64,000 nt of DNA from an uncultured Atribacterota bacterium. GTDB taxonomy: Bacteria; Atribacterota; Phoenicimicrobiia; Phoenicimicrobiales; Stramentimicrobiaceae. The notes beneath the pieces were generated by a model. The model was not told where the DNA came from and did not search any database. It was given only the letters and a program-made list of their open reading frames with translations. Every line of letters starts with the position of its first letter. Position 1 is the stretch's first letter. Of this stretch, positions 30,279 to 40,986 are shown piece after piece. The DNA is taken from the NCBI GenBank assembly GCA_964428905.1, contig CAYSAA010000024.1, positions 7,418-71,417 of the forward strand, given 5' to 3'. The position numbers and the translations under genes are program-made.

Positions 30279-30332
30279 AGATTATAATTCTCCTTAAATT
30301 AATAGGTAAGTAAAAATAGTTTTTCTATTATT

Positions 30333-30599
30333 TCACTTTCTTAGATTTAGTTCATTAATTAGTTTACGGTATTTTTCAACATCATTATCTTTAAGATAAT
30401 TAAGCAAACTCCTTCTTTTCCCAACCATTTTTAATAATCCATGTTTGGAATGAGAATCTTTCTTGTTTTGGTTTAAATGTTGAGTTAAATTGTTTATTTG
30501 CTCAGTCAAGATAGCCACCTGAACTTCGGTTGAACCAGTATCTTTTTCATGATGCTGGAAGTCTTTTACAATTTTATCTTTAACATCCTTTTTCATCAT
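30333..30599 (-). CDS. rpsO: 30S ribosomal protein S15
   Basis: 88 aa with GSTEVQVA...LT.HL...KKD.HS..GLL.MVGKRR.LL.YL. Confidence 0.95.
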   Translation of the reverse strand: MMKKDVKDKIVKDFQHHEKDTGSTEVQVAILTEQINNLTQHLNQNKKDSHSKHGLLKMVGKRRSLLNYLKDNDVEKYRKLINELNLRK

Positions 30600-30886
30600 T
30601 TTATTTATTTTCTCCTTTTGTTATAATATTTACATCGGAATAGCAGCTCTAGGTCTAATTATTTTTATTTCTCTGCTAAAAAATTTATTTTAACACTATA
30701 TATATAAATAAATTTTGGTGCTAAAATAAACTCTTCTATTTAGAAAGCATAGCCTAATAAGTTTGCCAGTAAAATTACTCACAGTCTCATATATTATCCA
30801 ATTATTTTACCATATATACTAAATTACTTCAAATTTATTTCAATTGGTTCATGATAACAGTGGTTATATATTATAATTGTTATCTA

Positions 30887-31879
30887 TCAAAAACAATGAT
30901 GATTCTCAAGCTTTAAATCAAGCTGTCTAAATAAATCATTAGCAATCAATTTATCTTTTTTGATTTGTTGAGCCAGTTCTTTGCTATCAGGGAAGATCTT
31001 CTCATCTCTTATCCTTCTCAGCAGAGAGACAGATATTTCTTTACCATAAAGATTATCATTAAAATTAAATATATATATTTCAACAGAAATCCAGCTTTGT
31101 TTTGGTGCAAAAGTAGGCTTGGTTCCTACATTGATCAGACTTTGGTATTGTTTTCCATCGTAACAGGTAAAAGCGATATATACTCCATTCTTGGGCAGTA
31201 ATTTTTCTTTAGGTATATCCAGGTTTGCAGTAGGAGAAGAAAGAATTTTATTCCCCCTCTTATCACCATAAATCACTTTCCCCTTAAGCTGATAAAAATA
31301 GCCCAATAGTTTATTGGCTTTTTCAATGTTCCCTTCTTTCAATTGTTCTTTAATTATGGTACTACTGATTTTTCTATTTCCATTTAATTTTTTGGGACCT
31401 ATGGTATATAATTTAAAATTATTCAAGTTGGCTAATTTATCCAAGAGGTTTATATCTCCTTTTTTTTGATAACCAAAGTGGTAGTTAAAGCCAACAAAAA
31501 CAGCTCCCATATTAAACTTTTCCAATAATATTTTTTTTACAAAATTTTCAGCACTTATTTTCTGAAAATCATCGGTAAAATGAATAGTAATAACTTTCTG
31601 GATGCCAATTTGTCTAATTTTTTTTATTCTCTCTGATAAAGTAGTTAATAGAAAAAAGTGTTCCAATCGATGAACGACTTTTGCTGGATGAGGGTTGAAA
31701 AGAATAACAGTGCTTAAGGCATGATCTTCTTTTGCTTTTTCGATACAATAATTCAACAAAGTTTGATGACCTAAATGAACCCCATCAAAAAATCCCAGTG
31801 CAATATAAGTTAGCATGTTTTGCCCCTCAGTATTCAGTTGAGCTTTTCTATTGTCTTTTTCATTTCTCATGATTTTCAT
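30887..31879 (-). CDS. ribF: Bifunctional riboflavin kinase / FAD synthetase
   Basis: GFFDGVHLGHQ nucleotidyltransferase motif and a C-terminal riboflavin kinase region (PTANL, GVY). ATGA overlap with the truB stop. An internal ATG at 31816 is an alternative start. Confidence 0.88.
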   Translation of the reverse strand: MKIMRNEKDNRKAQLNTEGQNMLTYIALGFFDGVHLGHQTLLNYCIEKAKEDHALSTVILFNPHPAKVVHRLEHFFLLTTLSERIKKIRQIGIQKVITIHFTDDFQKISAENFVKKILLEKFNMGAVFVGFNYHFGYQKKGDINLLDKLANLNNFKLYTIGPKKLNGNRKISSTIIKEQLKEGNIEKANKLLGYFYQLKGKVIYGDKRGNKILSSPTANLDIPKEKLLPKNGVYIAFTCYDGKQYQSLINVGTKPTFAPKQSWISVEIYIFNFNDNLYGKEISVSLLRRIRDEKIFPDSKELAQQIKKDKLIANDLFRQLDLKLENHHCF

Positions 31880-32817
31880 GTCAATAATTTTTCAACTTTA
31901 TATCTATTCGCTTCCTTCAAAGATTCTCCCAATCTTTTTGCTATCGCTATCAAATAGCCTTTAGATGAGTAAATAGTAAATATATCTTTTAGAGCAGCAT
32001 TGCTACTGATAATTTTTTCTCCAATTTCCTTTTCTGAGAATTGACCCCCGTTTTTAATCCTATCTTCAATTCCCACCTCCCCGGTTAAAATAATTTTATT
32101 TAGATGGTTTAAAGCCAGGTCAAGGGGCAAAATATGTTTGTATTGTTGTTCTCTATAGGGCAGTTTCAGAAATTGACCCAGAGGAATAGATTTACTGATA
32201 ACATAATTTCCAATTTCAATCCTTCTCAAATGTGACATATAGGCACCAAACCCTAAAGCTTTACCAATATCATGACATAATGTTCTGATATAAGTCCCCT
32301 TAGAACATCGAACTTGAAAGGTAATGCTGGGATACCGATCATATCTTGTATGAATCAAATTCAGTTGGTATATGGTTATTTTACGAGGAACTAATTTAAT
32401 TTTGATACCTTTTCTGGCAAGGCTGTAAAGCCGTAAACCTTTATATTTTAAAGCAGAAAACATTGGCGGTATCTGCCATATATCTCCCTGAAATTTTGAA
32501 AAAACCTTGTTTATTTCCCTGGGATTTAGTTTTTTTTGGTCAACCGGTATTATTTTTTGTATTCTGCCTTTCAAATCCTGGGTATCCGTAGTAATCCCCA
32601 GTACCATTGTTCCAATATACGTCTTATCTAAATCAGAAAGATATTGGGCAATTTTAGTGGCATTATTCAGGCAAACGATAAGAATCCCTGTGGCAAAAGG
32701 ATCCAGGGTACCTGTATGACCTGCTTTATTTGATTTTAATGCCCCTTTTATTTTCGAAACAGTTTTTGCTGAAGTCATTCCCTCAGGCTTATCGATAATT
32801 AAAATACCATTTATCAT
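31876..32817 (-). CDS. truB: tRNA pseudouridine(55) synthase
   Basis: ATG at 32817 gives MINGILIIDKPEGMTS. The catalytic motif is GHTGTLDPFATG. The tracked upstream extension overlaps the nrnA-like gene. Confidence 0.9.
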   Translation of the reverse strand: MINGILIIDKPEGMTSAKTVSKIKGALKSNKAGHTGTLDPFATGILIVCLNNATKIAQYLSDLDKTYIGTMVLGITTDTQDLKGRIQKIIPVDQKKLNPREINKVFSKFQGDIWQIPPMFSALKYKGLRLYSLARKGIKIKLVPRKITIYQLNLIHTRYDRYPSITFQVRCSKGTYIRTLCHDIGKALGFGAYMSHLRRIEIGNYVISKSIPLGQFLKLPYREQQYKHILPLDLALNHLNKIILTGEVGIEDRIKNGGQFSEKEIGEKIISSNAALKDIFTIYSSKGYLIAIAKRLGESLKEANRYKVEKLLT

Positions 32818-32846
32818 AATATTATCACATAAAAGATAAGAATGAA

Positions 32847-33845
32847 CTATTCTAAAAGATTGAGTTCCTTTTGTAGCTTTGAGATTACTATATTTGTTAT
32901 TTTGTCTATTGTTCCTCTTAATTGGCAACCGGCAGCGTTAGGATGTCCTCCCCCACCGAAGTTACTTGCAAATTGATCAACATTAAATTTGCCTTTAGAA
33001 CGAAAACTAACCTTGATATTGCCATTTTTTGTTTCCCGAAACAAAACAGAAACCTGGACAGTTTTAATGGAAAGTATTTTATCCACAATACCTTCAGTTT
33101 CCTCATCTTTGGATTGTGTTTTTGAAAGCATATTTCTGGTTACAATAGTCCAGGATATTTGTAAAGAGGAATCAAGCTTTAAATTACTAAGCGCTTCCCC
33201 CAATAATTTTAAGTTGGAAAGTTCATTATTATTATAAATGTAGTTTGTAATATTATTTGGATTAACTCCTAATTTAACTAAATGCAGAGCAATTTGGAAT
33301 GTTCTTGCTTTGGTATTGGCATAGCGAAAAGATCCCGTATCAGTAACAATAGCGGTGTATAAAGGAATAGCCATCTGATAGGTTATATTGCAACCTATCT
33401 TTTTGCCCAATTGAAAAAGTATCTCACCAACCGAAGAGGCATCTGAATCTATATAATTATATTTGCCAAACAGAGTATTACTAGGATGGTGATCAATATT
33501 TACAATAAATTCAATCTGGTTCATATCAATACCGATATCACCGATTCTTTCCAAATTGCTCGCATCAAGAACTACCAATAAAGTTGCTGGTTTTATATGA
33601 TAAGAGTAATGGTTACTAAGTTCTTCCATGCATATAATTTTCTTTGTACCCGGTAAGAATTGGTAAATATCTGGTGTTTTATCCTGGTTAATAATCAATA
33701 CATCTTTTTCTAATTGCGTTAACATGAAATATAATGCCAGTTCGGAACCCAGTGCATCACCATCTAAATGTATGTGTGAGCTGATAATAAAATGTTTATA
33801 TTTTTTAAAAATCTCTGCAATTTCAGATTGTGTGTTTTGCTGCAT
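32847..33845 (-). CDS. DHH/DHHA1 phosphoesterase (NrnA-like oligoribonuclease / pAp phosphatase)
   Basis: DHH motifs HIHLDGDALGS, VLDAS and NIDHHPSN, plus the DHHA1 motif GGGHPNAAG. Confidence 0.8.
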   Translation of the reverse strand: MQQNTQSEIAEIFKKYKHFIISSHIHLDGDALGSELALYFMLTQLEKDVLIINQDKTPDIYQFLPGTKKIICMEELSNHYSYHIKPATLLVVLDASNLERIGDIGIDMNQIEFIVNIDHHPSNTLFGKYNYIDSDASSVGEILFQLGKKIGCNITYQMAIPLYTAIVTDTGSFRYANTKARTFQIALHLVKLGVNPNNITNYIYNNNELSNLKLLGEALSNLKLDSSLQISWTIVTRNMLSKTQSKDEETEGIVDKILSIKTVQVSVLFRETKNGNIKVSFRSKGKFNVDQFASNFGGGGHPNAAGCQLRGTIDKITNIVISKLQKELNLLE

Positions 33846-33846
33846 C

Positions 33847-34212
33847 TTATTTTTCCAGGTCTTTCTTTCTTTCCAGATTGCTTATTTGCATCATTAGATG
33901 ATGTACTTTTTCTAATTCCTTATCATAATGAAAAGAGATATAAGGTGTAAAACGGTACTTTTTAAGTTCAAAGGCTAATTCAGATCGAATGAATTTGGTG
34001 GCACTCTTTAAACCGTTCATACCTTTATCTTGCTCTTCTTTGGTTCCCAGTATGGAAATATATACCTTGGCATTGTGTAAGTCATTTGATAAAGCAATTC
34101 TAGTAACGGTTACAAAACCTATACGCGGATCTTTTACCTTTTTATAGATGATAAAACTAATATTCCTTTTTAATAATTTTTCAAAATGTTTCTTTTTTTG
34201 CTCTAAAACCAT
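33847..34212 (-). CDS. rbfA: Ribosome-binding factor A
   Basis: About 120 aa with a KH-like RbfA profile (KDPRIGFVTVTRIALSNDLHNAKVYIS). Conserved position after infB. Confidence 0.9.
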   Translation of the reverse strand: MVLEQKKKHFEKLLKRNISFIIYKKVKDPRIGFVTVTRIALSNDLHNAKVYISILGTKEEQDKGMNGLKSATKFIRSELAFELKKYRFTPYISFHYDKELEKVHHLMMQISNLERKKDLEK

Positions 34213-34261
34213 AGTAATTTAGTTTCCTTCTACTCCATATTTGTTTGTTTTCACAAATTGA

Positions 34262-34543
34262 TTAGGTGACTGTTATTTGAAAATTAACTAACTGGAATTC
34301 GGGATGATTATCAACATCTTTGACGATTTTATCAATAACCTGGTCAATAAGTTGGCGGTTATCTCCAATATATCCTACACCGATTGTACTTTGCTTCCAT
34401 GAATTCTTATGCCCAATTTCCGAGATGGAAATATTGTACTTTTTTCTCAGAGCTGCCTTAAAACTTTTAATGGTACTTCTTTTATCTTTTAAAGAACGAG
34501 AATCAGGTAAATAAATAAAAAGCTCACATAACCCGACTAACAT
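34262..34543 (-). CDS. DUF503 (YlxP-like) protein
   Basis: About 93 aa with SLKDKRS..K motifs. Conserved infB-ylxP-rbfA position. ATG at 34543 lies one base after the infB stop. Confidence 0.75.
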   Translation of the reverse strand: MLVGLCELFIYLPDSRSLKDKRSTIKSFKAALRKKYNISISEIGHKNSWKQSTIGVGYIGDNRQLIDQVIDKIVKDVDNHPEFQLVNFQITVT

Positions 34544-34544
34544 T

Positions 34545-36479
34545 CTATCTTGCAACTTCCTTATAATTATAAAAAATAATAATGTCTTTTACCTGGAGGT
34601 CATCAACCTTCTCTATATTAATGCCACATTCATATCCGGAACTTACTTCTTTTACGTCTTCTTTAAATCTTTTTATGGAAAAATCCTTACCTTCATATAA
34701 TTTTTGGTCTTGACGTAAAACACGAATATAATCTTTTGTAGATATCTTACCTTCAATTACATAGCATCCTGCCACAAGACCAATTTTGGGGATTTTAAAA
34801 ATTTCCCTCACTTCTGCCTTACCGTTAATGACCTCTTCTAATTTTGGTTTAAGGTAACCTTTTAAAGCTGCCTTTACTTCATCAATTAAGTTATAAATAA
34901 TATTATATACTCTTATTTCGACTTTTTCATTATTTGATAATTTTTGGGCATTTATATCAATCTTAACATTAAAACCAATAATTAAAGCATTAGAGGCAGA
35001 GCCAAGCATGATATCTGTTTCGGTGATTGTCCCGATTCCACCATGAATCATTCTAACCTCAACTTCTTCATTGCTTAAAGTAGAGAGTGTTTCTTGAATA
35101 GCATCCAATGATCCTTGTGTATCGGCTTTTAAAATAATGTTTAACTCTTTAATTTTGCCTTTTTTCATCTCTTCAAATAAGTAATCCAGGGAAACATTTG
35201 CTATTTCCTGTTTTTCTTTTCTTTTCTCTTCCATTTCTCTTTCATTGATAATTGTTTTTGCAAAATGATCATCAGCAACAGCCTGAAATACATCTCCGGC
35301 TAAAGGCATCTTATTAAAACCATTAATAACAACAGGAGTTGAAGGTCCAACATACTTAATATTATTACCTTGATCATCCATCATATTTCTAACTTTGCCA
35401 TAAGCGGTTCCCACAACAAAATAATCTCCAATTTCTAAGTGTCCATCCTGAATCAGTACGGTAGCAAGAATACCTTTTCTCTTATCCAGTTTCGTTTCAA
35501 TTACCACCCCACTGGCAGGGAGTTCGGGGTTAGCTTTTAATTCTAACATTTCAGCCTGCAAAGAAATGAGTTCCAGCAGATTATCAATACCCTTCCCTTG
35601 CAAAGCAGATATCTCAGCAACAAGAGTATCTCCCCCCCAATCCTCTGATACCAATTGATACTTAGATAAATCTTTCTTTACTTTATCAATATTTGCATTC
35701 GCTTTATCAATCTTGTTAATTGCCACAATGATAGGTACCTTGGCAGCTTTGGCATGGTTAATTGCTTCAACAGTCTGTGGCATGACACCATCATCTGCTG
35801 CCACAACGAGAACAACAATATCAGTTGACCTAACTCCTCGTGCCCGCATAGTGGTAAATGCTTCATGTCCAGGTGTATCAATAAACACAAATCGATTATT
35901 TTTAAGTTGTACTACATAAGCACCTATATGTTGTGTAATACCACCCACTTCACTTTTGGTAACATTGGTCTTTCTAATCATATCAAGGAGAGTTGTTTTT
36001 CCGTGATCCACATGCCCGACAATAGTAATGGCCGGGGATTTGGTAGACAATGGATATTTATGTTCTTTATTTTTTTTTGATTTAAGTGTCTTCTTTAATT
36101 CAGCAGAAAGGCTGAGCTTATAGTCATATTTTTTATAAATTTCCTGCGCAATGGGCCAGGGCAACTCTTTTTCCAGAGAATAAACCCTACCAAATTTTGA
36201 AACTTGCTGCATTGCCTTAGACAAAGGCATGTTTAGTTGTAATGATAATTCCTTTACATTGGGCAATTTATCAAGTACGAGTTTCTTTGTTTCTTCTTTC
36301 TCTTTTTCCTTTTCTTTCTTACTTTCCTCTGCAATAGCTTCTTGAATAATTTCTATCGTTTCATCATCAAGGGTACTCATGTGATTTTTTACATTAATAC
36401 CTTCTTTTTTCAGGAATTGAATAAGTTCTTTGGTAGGAATTTTCAAATCTTCTGCTACTTCGTATACTCTTTTTTTCAT
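34545..36479 (-). CDS. infB: Translation initiation factor IF-2
   Basis: ATG at 36479 follows GGAGG and gives [23 protein letters not shown] (IF2_N). G-domain motifs are [20 protein letters not shown] and NKID. Confidence 0.95.
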   Translation of the reverse strand: MKKRVYEVAEDLKIPTKELIQFLKKEGINVKNHMSTLDDETIEIIQEAIAEESKKEKEKEKEETKKLVLDKLPNVKELSLQLNMPLSKAMQQVSKFGRVYSLEKELPWPIAQEIYKKYDYKLSLSAELKKTLKSKKNKEHKYPLSTKSPAITIVGHVDHGKTTLLDMIRKTNVTKSEVGGITQHIGAYVVQLKNNRFVFIDTPGHEAFTTMRARGVRSTDIVVLVVAADDGVMPQTVEAINHAKAAKVPIIVAINKIDKANANIDKVKKDLSKYQLVSEDWGGDTLVAEISALQGKGIDNLLELISLQAEMLELKANPELPASGVVIETKLDKRKGILATVLIQDGHLEIGDYFVVGTAYGKVRNMMDDQGNNIKYVGPSTPVVINGFNKMPLAGDVFQAVADDHFAKTIINEREMEEKRKEKQEIANVSLDYLFEEMKKGKIKELNIILKADTQGSLDAIQETLSTLSNEEVEVRMIHGGIGTITETDIMLGSASNALIIGFNVKIDINAQKLSNNEKVEIRVYNIIYNLIDEVKAALKGYLKPKLEEVINGKAEVREIFKIPKIGLVAGCYVIEGKISTKDYIRVLRQDQKLYEGKDFSIKRFKEDVKEVSSGYECGINIEKVDDLQVKDIIIFYNYKEVAR

Positions 36480-36572
36480 ACTCGATGACCTCCATATAGA
36501 CCGGAATCGTTGCAAAATGTTCAGGCATATTATTTTTAAAATAACTTATAATTAAAAATAAGTAATCATTTT

Positions 36573-36866
36573 TTAGCTATTATTTTTGGTTAATTTTTTA
36601 AATTTTTCTTCTAACTCAGACATGATTTCTGGTGATAAATCTACTTTTAATGCCTTAGCTATCCTATTTTTTTTCATTGCTTCTTGAAAACATGACATAT
36701 TATAACATAAATAGGTTCCCCTACCCGATTTTTTACCAGTTATGTCTATTTCAATCTTGCCCTCAGGTGTTCTAATAATTCTAAGTAATTCTCTTTTTGG
36801 TTTCTTTTCTTGGCAACCTACACAAGTACGATAGGGTATTTTTTTCTGACTCTTCATGATTTTCAT
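36573..36866 (-). CDS. ylxR: YlxR/DUF448 RNA-binding protein
   Basis: RTCVGCQEKKPKRELLRI and GRGTYLC motifs. Lies between nusA and infB. Confidence 0.8.
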   Translation of the reverse strand: MKIMKSQKKIPYRTCVGCQEKKPKRELLRIIRTPEGKIEIDITGKKSGRGTYLCYNMSCFQEAMKKNRIAKALKVDLSPEIMSELEEKFKKLTKNNS

Positions 36867-36880
36867 CTCAGGAAATCCTA

Positions 36881-37996
36881 TTATTTTTCTTTACTTTGTT
36901 TTTTATCATTTTTTGCAATATTACTCAAGTCTACATCACTGTGAATATCATTTTCTTTTTTATACTGAGATTCACTCTTTATGTCAATTTTCCATCCTGT
37001 TAACTTAGCAGCCAATCTGGCATTTTGACCCTCCTTACCAATCGATAAGGATAATTGCTGATCATTTACAATTACCAGGGCTCTTTTTTCATTTTCATAT
37101 AATTTCACAAATAAAACCTTCGCCGGGTTAAGTGAATTTGCAATAAATGATTTATCATCTTCGTGCCATTTAATGATATCGATCTTTTCATCCTGTAGCT
37201 CGGTCATAATGGATTTAATTCTGGCACCACGATCACCGATACAGGATCCGATTGAATCAACCATTTCATCTCTACTAGCTACGGCAACTTTAGAGCGTTT
37301 CCCTGCTTCTCTGGCTATAGCCTTTATTTCAACTAAACCTTCATGGATCTCGGGAACTTCTAATTCAAATAAACGTTTTAACAAATCAGGATGGGTTCTG
37401 GAAAGGACGATACGTGGTCCTTTTGAGGTTTTTTTGACTTCTACAACATAAAATTTCATTCTTTTTCCATTACCGTAATATTCATTTCTTACCTGCTCAT
37501 TAGGAGGTAAAACTGCTTCTGCTTTCCCTAAATCAACGATAATATTATAATGTTCCTGACGCTGGATAATCCCCGTTACAATATCCCTGACTTTATCAAT
37601 ATATCGTTCATAAACTGCCTTTCTTTCTGCTTCCCTGATTTTTTGTACGATGACCTGTTTAGCAGTTTGTGTGGCAATACGCCCGAATTCTTTTGGCGTT
37701 ACCTCGATATTGATTTCATCCCCGATTTCTATTCCACTCCGTTTATATTTCCGGGCTTCTACCAAATCAATTTCCAAAGAAGGCTGATTTACATTATCTA
37801 CAACTATTTTTTTTGTAAATACTTCTACTCTTCCGGTATCTTTATTAAAATTTATTTCGATATTATCCTTACCCTGTATAAAATTTTTTTTATAGGCAGA
37901 AATAAGAGATACTTCAATTGCATCTATTAAAACTTCCTTGGATATGCCTTTTTCCTTTTCAATTTCATCTAATATTTTAATTAAATCTAAATTCAT
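36881..37996 (-). CDS. nusA: Transcription termination/antitermination factor NusA
   Basis: ATG at 37996 follows GGAGGAGG and gives MNLDLIKILDEIEKEKGISKEVL. An S1 domain and two KH domains are present (IGDRGARIKSI, IGKEGQNARLAAKLTGWKIDI). The tracked N-terminal extension is hydrophobic junk. Confidence 0.95.
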   Translation of the reverse strand: MNLDLIKILDEIEKEKGISKEVLIDAIEVSLISAYKKNFIQGKDNIEINFNKDTGRVEVFTKKIVVDNVNQPSLEIDLVEARKYKRSGIEIGDEINIEVTPKEFGRIATQTAKQVIVQKIREAERKAVYERYIDKVRDIVTGIIQRQEHYNIIVDLGKAEAVLPPNEQVRNEYYGNGKRMKFYVVEVKKTSKGPRIVLSRTHPDLLKRLFELEVPEIHEGLVEIKAIAREAGKRSKVAVASRDEMVDSIGSCIGDRGARIKSIMTELQDEKIDIIKWHEDDKSFIANSLNPAKVLFVKLYENEKRALVIVNDQQLSLSIGKEGQNARLAAKLTGWKIDIKSESQYKKENDIHSDVDLSNIAKNDKKQSKEK

Positions 37997-38088
37997 AACT
38001 AGCCTTTTTACCTCCTCCCCTTTCATTTTGGAATGAAGACAAGGGGCTTCGTAACATATAATAAGATAAACAGATAATGCTACAAAAC

Positions 38089-38116
38089 AAAAGAGTGGTT
38101 CAAAAACCACTCTTTT
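38089..38116 (-). terminator. Rho-independent terminator after mtaB, upstream of nusA
   Basis: AAGAGTGGTT-CAAA-AACCACTCTT is a perfect 10-bp stem. On the minus strand it is followed by TTGTTTTG. It is flanked by runs on both strands. Confidence 0.65.
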
Positions 38117-38218
38117 TGCAAGAAGATGTTTTAAAATTTACATTATTATAGCACAGAATAAAAAAAAATCAAAACATTAATAATTGATAAATATTAAAAT
38201 AATTGTTTAAATATTTAT

Positions 38219-39553
38219 TTATATCTTGTTATAATTGATACTTTCTCCCTCCAAATAAGAATCTTGCAACTCTTTGAGTCTTACCCTCACTATATCTCCT
38301 TTTTTTGCCGGTAAGTTCTTAATGCCAACTTTTATATAGTTATCAGTCAATCCATAGAAATATTGCAGATTATTTTTTTCTTCCTGGTATTCAACTAAAA
38401 TATCTTTTTCTTTTCCTATGTTCTTTATAAAAAAATCATTGCGAAGCTGTCTTGATAAAGCAATGAGTTTTTGGCTTCTTTTTTTAATGACACTTGGTTC
38501 AATTTTTGATGGCAAAAAGGACGCCAAGCTGAAAGGCCTATCGGAGTAAGGGAAAACATGTATTTTGGCAAAAGCAATATCTTTTATAAATTCAAAGTTC
38601 TTATGAAATGAATTATCATCTTCCCCCGGGAAACCAACGATAACATCTGTGGTAATGGCTATATCCGTTATTTTACTTCGGATTTGTTTGATAATAGTTT
38701 TAAACTGTTCAGTGGTATATTTTCTATTCATCAGAGAAAGGATATTATCATCACCACTCTGCAATGGAATGTGCAAATGATAACAAAGTTTAGGGGAGGC
38801 ATTGAAAGTTTCAATTAATTCATCAGTAACCCATGGCATTTCAATTGAACTCAATCGTATTCTCTCGATACCGGAAAGCTTTTCTATTTTCTGAATTAAT
38901 TTCGAGAGATTTATTTTTTCATCTATCAGGTCATTTCCGTAACTTCCCAGATTAATTCCGAGTAGTACAATCTCCTTGTGACCATGGGATGCCAGATCAT
39001 GAATTTCTGAAATTATTTCCTGGGAAGAACGACTTCTGGACCTTCCACGCAGGTAAGGTATCACACAATAGCTGCAAAATTGATTACACCCATCTTGTAT
39101 TTTTACTAAGCCTCTTATGCGATTCCCGGTGCTGTGAAAGGAATTTTTAGTATAACCAATAATATGACCAGCAGGCCGGAAAAAAATTAATCTTTGTTCA
39201 GAAACAAGAGAGATATTATGAAATATAGAGAAAATTTGTTCTTTATAATAATTGCCAATAATATAGTATCTTAGATTTTGGCATTCTTTTATTGCCTGTA
39301 GATTAGATTGTACTCCACACCCGGTTACAATAATTGCAGCTGAGGGATTTACTCTAGCAGCTTTTCTAATCATTTGTTTTGATTTTCGTTCGGCTTCTGA
39401 TGTTACAGCACAGGTATTAATAATGAAAACATCTGCTTTTTCTTTAAATTCTACAACCTGGTATCCATTTTTAATAAATTCATTTTTAATAGTACCTGTT
39501 TCGTATTGATTTACTTTACAGCCAATTGTCTTAAAGGCAACTTTTTGAGTCAA
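38219..39553 (-). CDS. mtaB: MiaB-like tRNA methylthiotransferase (MtaB type)
   Basis: UPF0004 N-domain (GCKVNQYE) and radical-SAM CNQFCSYCVIP. About 444 aa. Lies after dnaJ, as yqeV does in Bacillus. Confidence 0.85.
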   Translation of the reverse strand: MTQKVAFKTIGCKVNQYETGTIKNEFIKNGYQVVEFKEKADVFIINTCAVTSEAERKSKQMIRKAARVNPSAAIIVTGCGVQSNLQAIKECQNLRYYIIGNYYKEQIFSIFHNISLVSEQRLIFFRPAGHIIGYTKNSFHSTGNRIRGLVKIQDGCNQFCSYCVIPYLRGRSRSRSSQEIISEIHDLASHGHKEIVLLGINLGSYGNDLIDEKINLSKLIQKIEKLSGIERIRLSSIEMPWVTDELIETFNASPKLCYHLHIPLQSGDDNILSLMNRKYTTEQFKTIIKQIRSKITDIAITTDVIVGFPGEDDNSFHKNFEFIKDIAFAKIHVFPYSDRPFSLASFLPSKIEPSVIKKRSQKLIALSRQLRNDFFIKNIGKEKDILVEYQEEKNNLQYFYGLTDNYIKVGIKNLPAKKGDIVRVRLKELQDSYLEGESINYNKI

Positions 39554-39569
39554 TTTTCTCCAACGGGAT

Positions 39570-40721
39570 TTATTTTTTGCTAAAAGTATCTTTTACTTTT
39601 TCAAAAAAATTCTTTTCACCAATTTTTTCGATATCTTCACCTGTTTCCTGTGCCAATTCATAAATTATATTTTTTGCTTTATTATTTAAATTCCTGGGTA
39701 TCTCAACAATAATTTTTATATGTTCATCGCCCCTGTTTTTAGAACCTAATTTATAAGCACCTTTACCTCGTAGCCGAAAAATAGTATTGCCCTGTGTTCC
39801 GGCAGGTATTCTCATCTTAACATTTCCTTCTAAGGTTGGGACCGTTGTTTCTCCACCCAAAATGGCGATGGGTAAGCTAATTCTTTGGTCACAATAAATA
39901 TCCGCCCCACTTCGCTTAAATATGGGATGCTCCTTAACATAAAGCACAATAAACAGATCACCGGAAGGGCCACCATTTTCCCCTGGTTCTCCCTTCCCGG
40001 AAAGTCTCAGTCTATGCCCGCTTTCTACACCGGCCAATATTTTTACATTAATACTTTTTACTTTTTTTATCTTTCCGGTCCCATGACATACTTTGCATGG
40101 TGTTTCGATAATCTGACCGGTTCCCTTGCATCTGGGACAAGTTTGGATATTAATCGATTGTCCGAAAAATGTGTTTTGGGTCATCCTTATTTCGCCAGTT
40201 CCGTTACATTCCGGACAGGTTTTTTTTGATGTTCCGGGTTCTGCGCCACTTCCCTGACAGTGGCTACAGGTTTGCCAGACAGGTATTTGTATCTTTTTTT
40301 CGGCACCAAAAGCAGCCTCTTTCAGGTCAATTTCTAAGTTATACCTTAAATCAGATCCTTTTTTGGACCTTTGTCGTTGATAACTTCGCCGTGATCCCCC
40401 CCCAAAAAATGATTCAAAAATATCACTAAAACTACCAAAATCATCCATGCCTTCCCCATAAAAGTTTCGAAAGTCGAACCCGGCACCGGTATCGGCAGTA
40501 TCAGCTGTACCAAATTGATCATATCTGGCTCTCTTCTCCGGATCACCCAAGATTGCATAGGCCTCACCAATCTCTTTGAATTTTTTCTCTGCCTCTTCTT
40601 TGTTATTGGGATTGGCATCAGGATGAAGCTTTAATGCCAATTTACGAAATGCTTTTTTTATATCTTCCTGGCTGGCATCCTTGTTGATGCCCAGGATTTG
40701 GTAATAATCTTTACTTGCCAA
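39570..40721 (-). CDS. dnaJ: Molecular chaperone DnaJ
   Basis: TTG at 40721 lies 6 nt after AAGAGGG and gives (M)ASKDYYQILGI. Contains the J-domain HPD, a G/F region and four CxxCxGxG repeats. Confidence 0.95.
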   Translation of the reverse strand: MASKDYYQILGINKDASQEDIKKAFRKLALKLHPDANPNNKEEAEKKFKEIGEAYAILGDPEKRARYDQFGTADTADTGAGFDFRNFYGEGMDDFGSFSDIFESFFGGGSRRSYQRQRSKKGSDLRYNLEIDLKEAAFGAEKKIQIPVWQTCSHCQGSGAEPGTSKKTCPECNGTGEIRMTQNTFFGQSINIQTCPRCKGTGQIIETPCKVCHGTGKIKKVKSINVKILAGVESGHRLRLSGKGEPGENGGPSGDLFIVLYVKEHPIFKRSGADIYCDQRISLPIAILGGETTVPTLEGNVKMRIPAGTQGNTIFRLRGKGAYKLGSKNRGDEHIKIIVEIPRNLNNKAKNIIYELAQETGEDIEKIGEKNFFEKVKDTFSKK

Positions 40722-40986
40722 AACAAAACCCTCTTTAAAAGAAAATAGTACAAGATTTAGAAACCAGAGCAATAGAATATTGAAATAGTTTCTATATCAC
40801 AGTTTATTTCTTCTCGTATATTATAGATAAATTTCATAACAACATCAATAAAAGATAAGTAATAATGATAATAATGTAATTATATTAAGTTAACTTTAAT
40901 ACTCGCTGAATCTCCCAGGGATTACTAACAAAATTTAAAAATCCCGGGAAATCCAGCGATAGATAGTATGCTTAATCTATTAATGA

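Noticed and set aside
30600-30886. Possible structured RNA in the 287-nt rpsO-ribF spacer (stems UAGCAG/CUGCUA and GATAACA/TGTTATC).
   Set aside because: The stems are short, AT-rich and match no known motif. The spacer is adequately explained by the rpsO promoter and S15 autoregulatory leader plus the ribF 3' end. This cannot be resolved without covariation data.
37550-37930. 126-codon antisense ORF inside nusA. Similar antisense ORFs occur inside uppP (26867-27226), dnaJ (39885-40229) and the peptide-binding gene (1956-2294).
   Set aside because: All are antisense to confidently identified conserved genes, lack SD sequences, and translate to Phe/Ile/Ser-rich junk. They are typical shadow ORFs.
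40773-40986. Second CIRCE element or separate heat-shock promoter in front of dnaJ or dnaK.
   Set aside because: No TTAGCACTC/GAGTGCTAA half-sites were found in the grpE-hrcA, dnaK-grpE or dnaJ-dnaK spacers. The single CIRCE upstream of hrcA is sufficient for a Bacillus-type operon.
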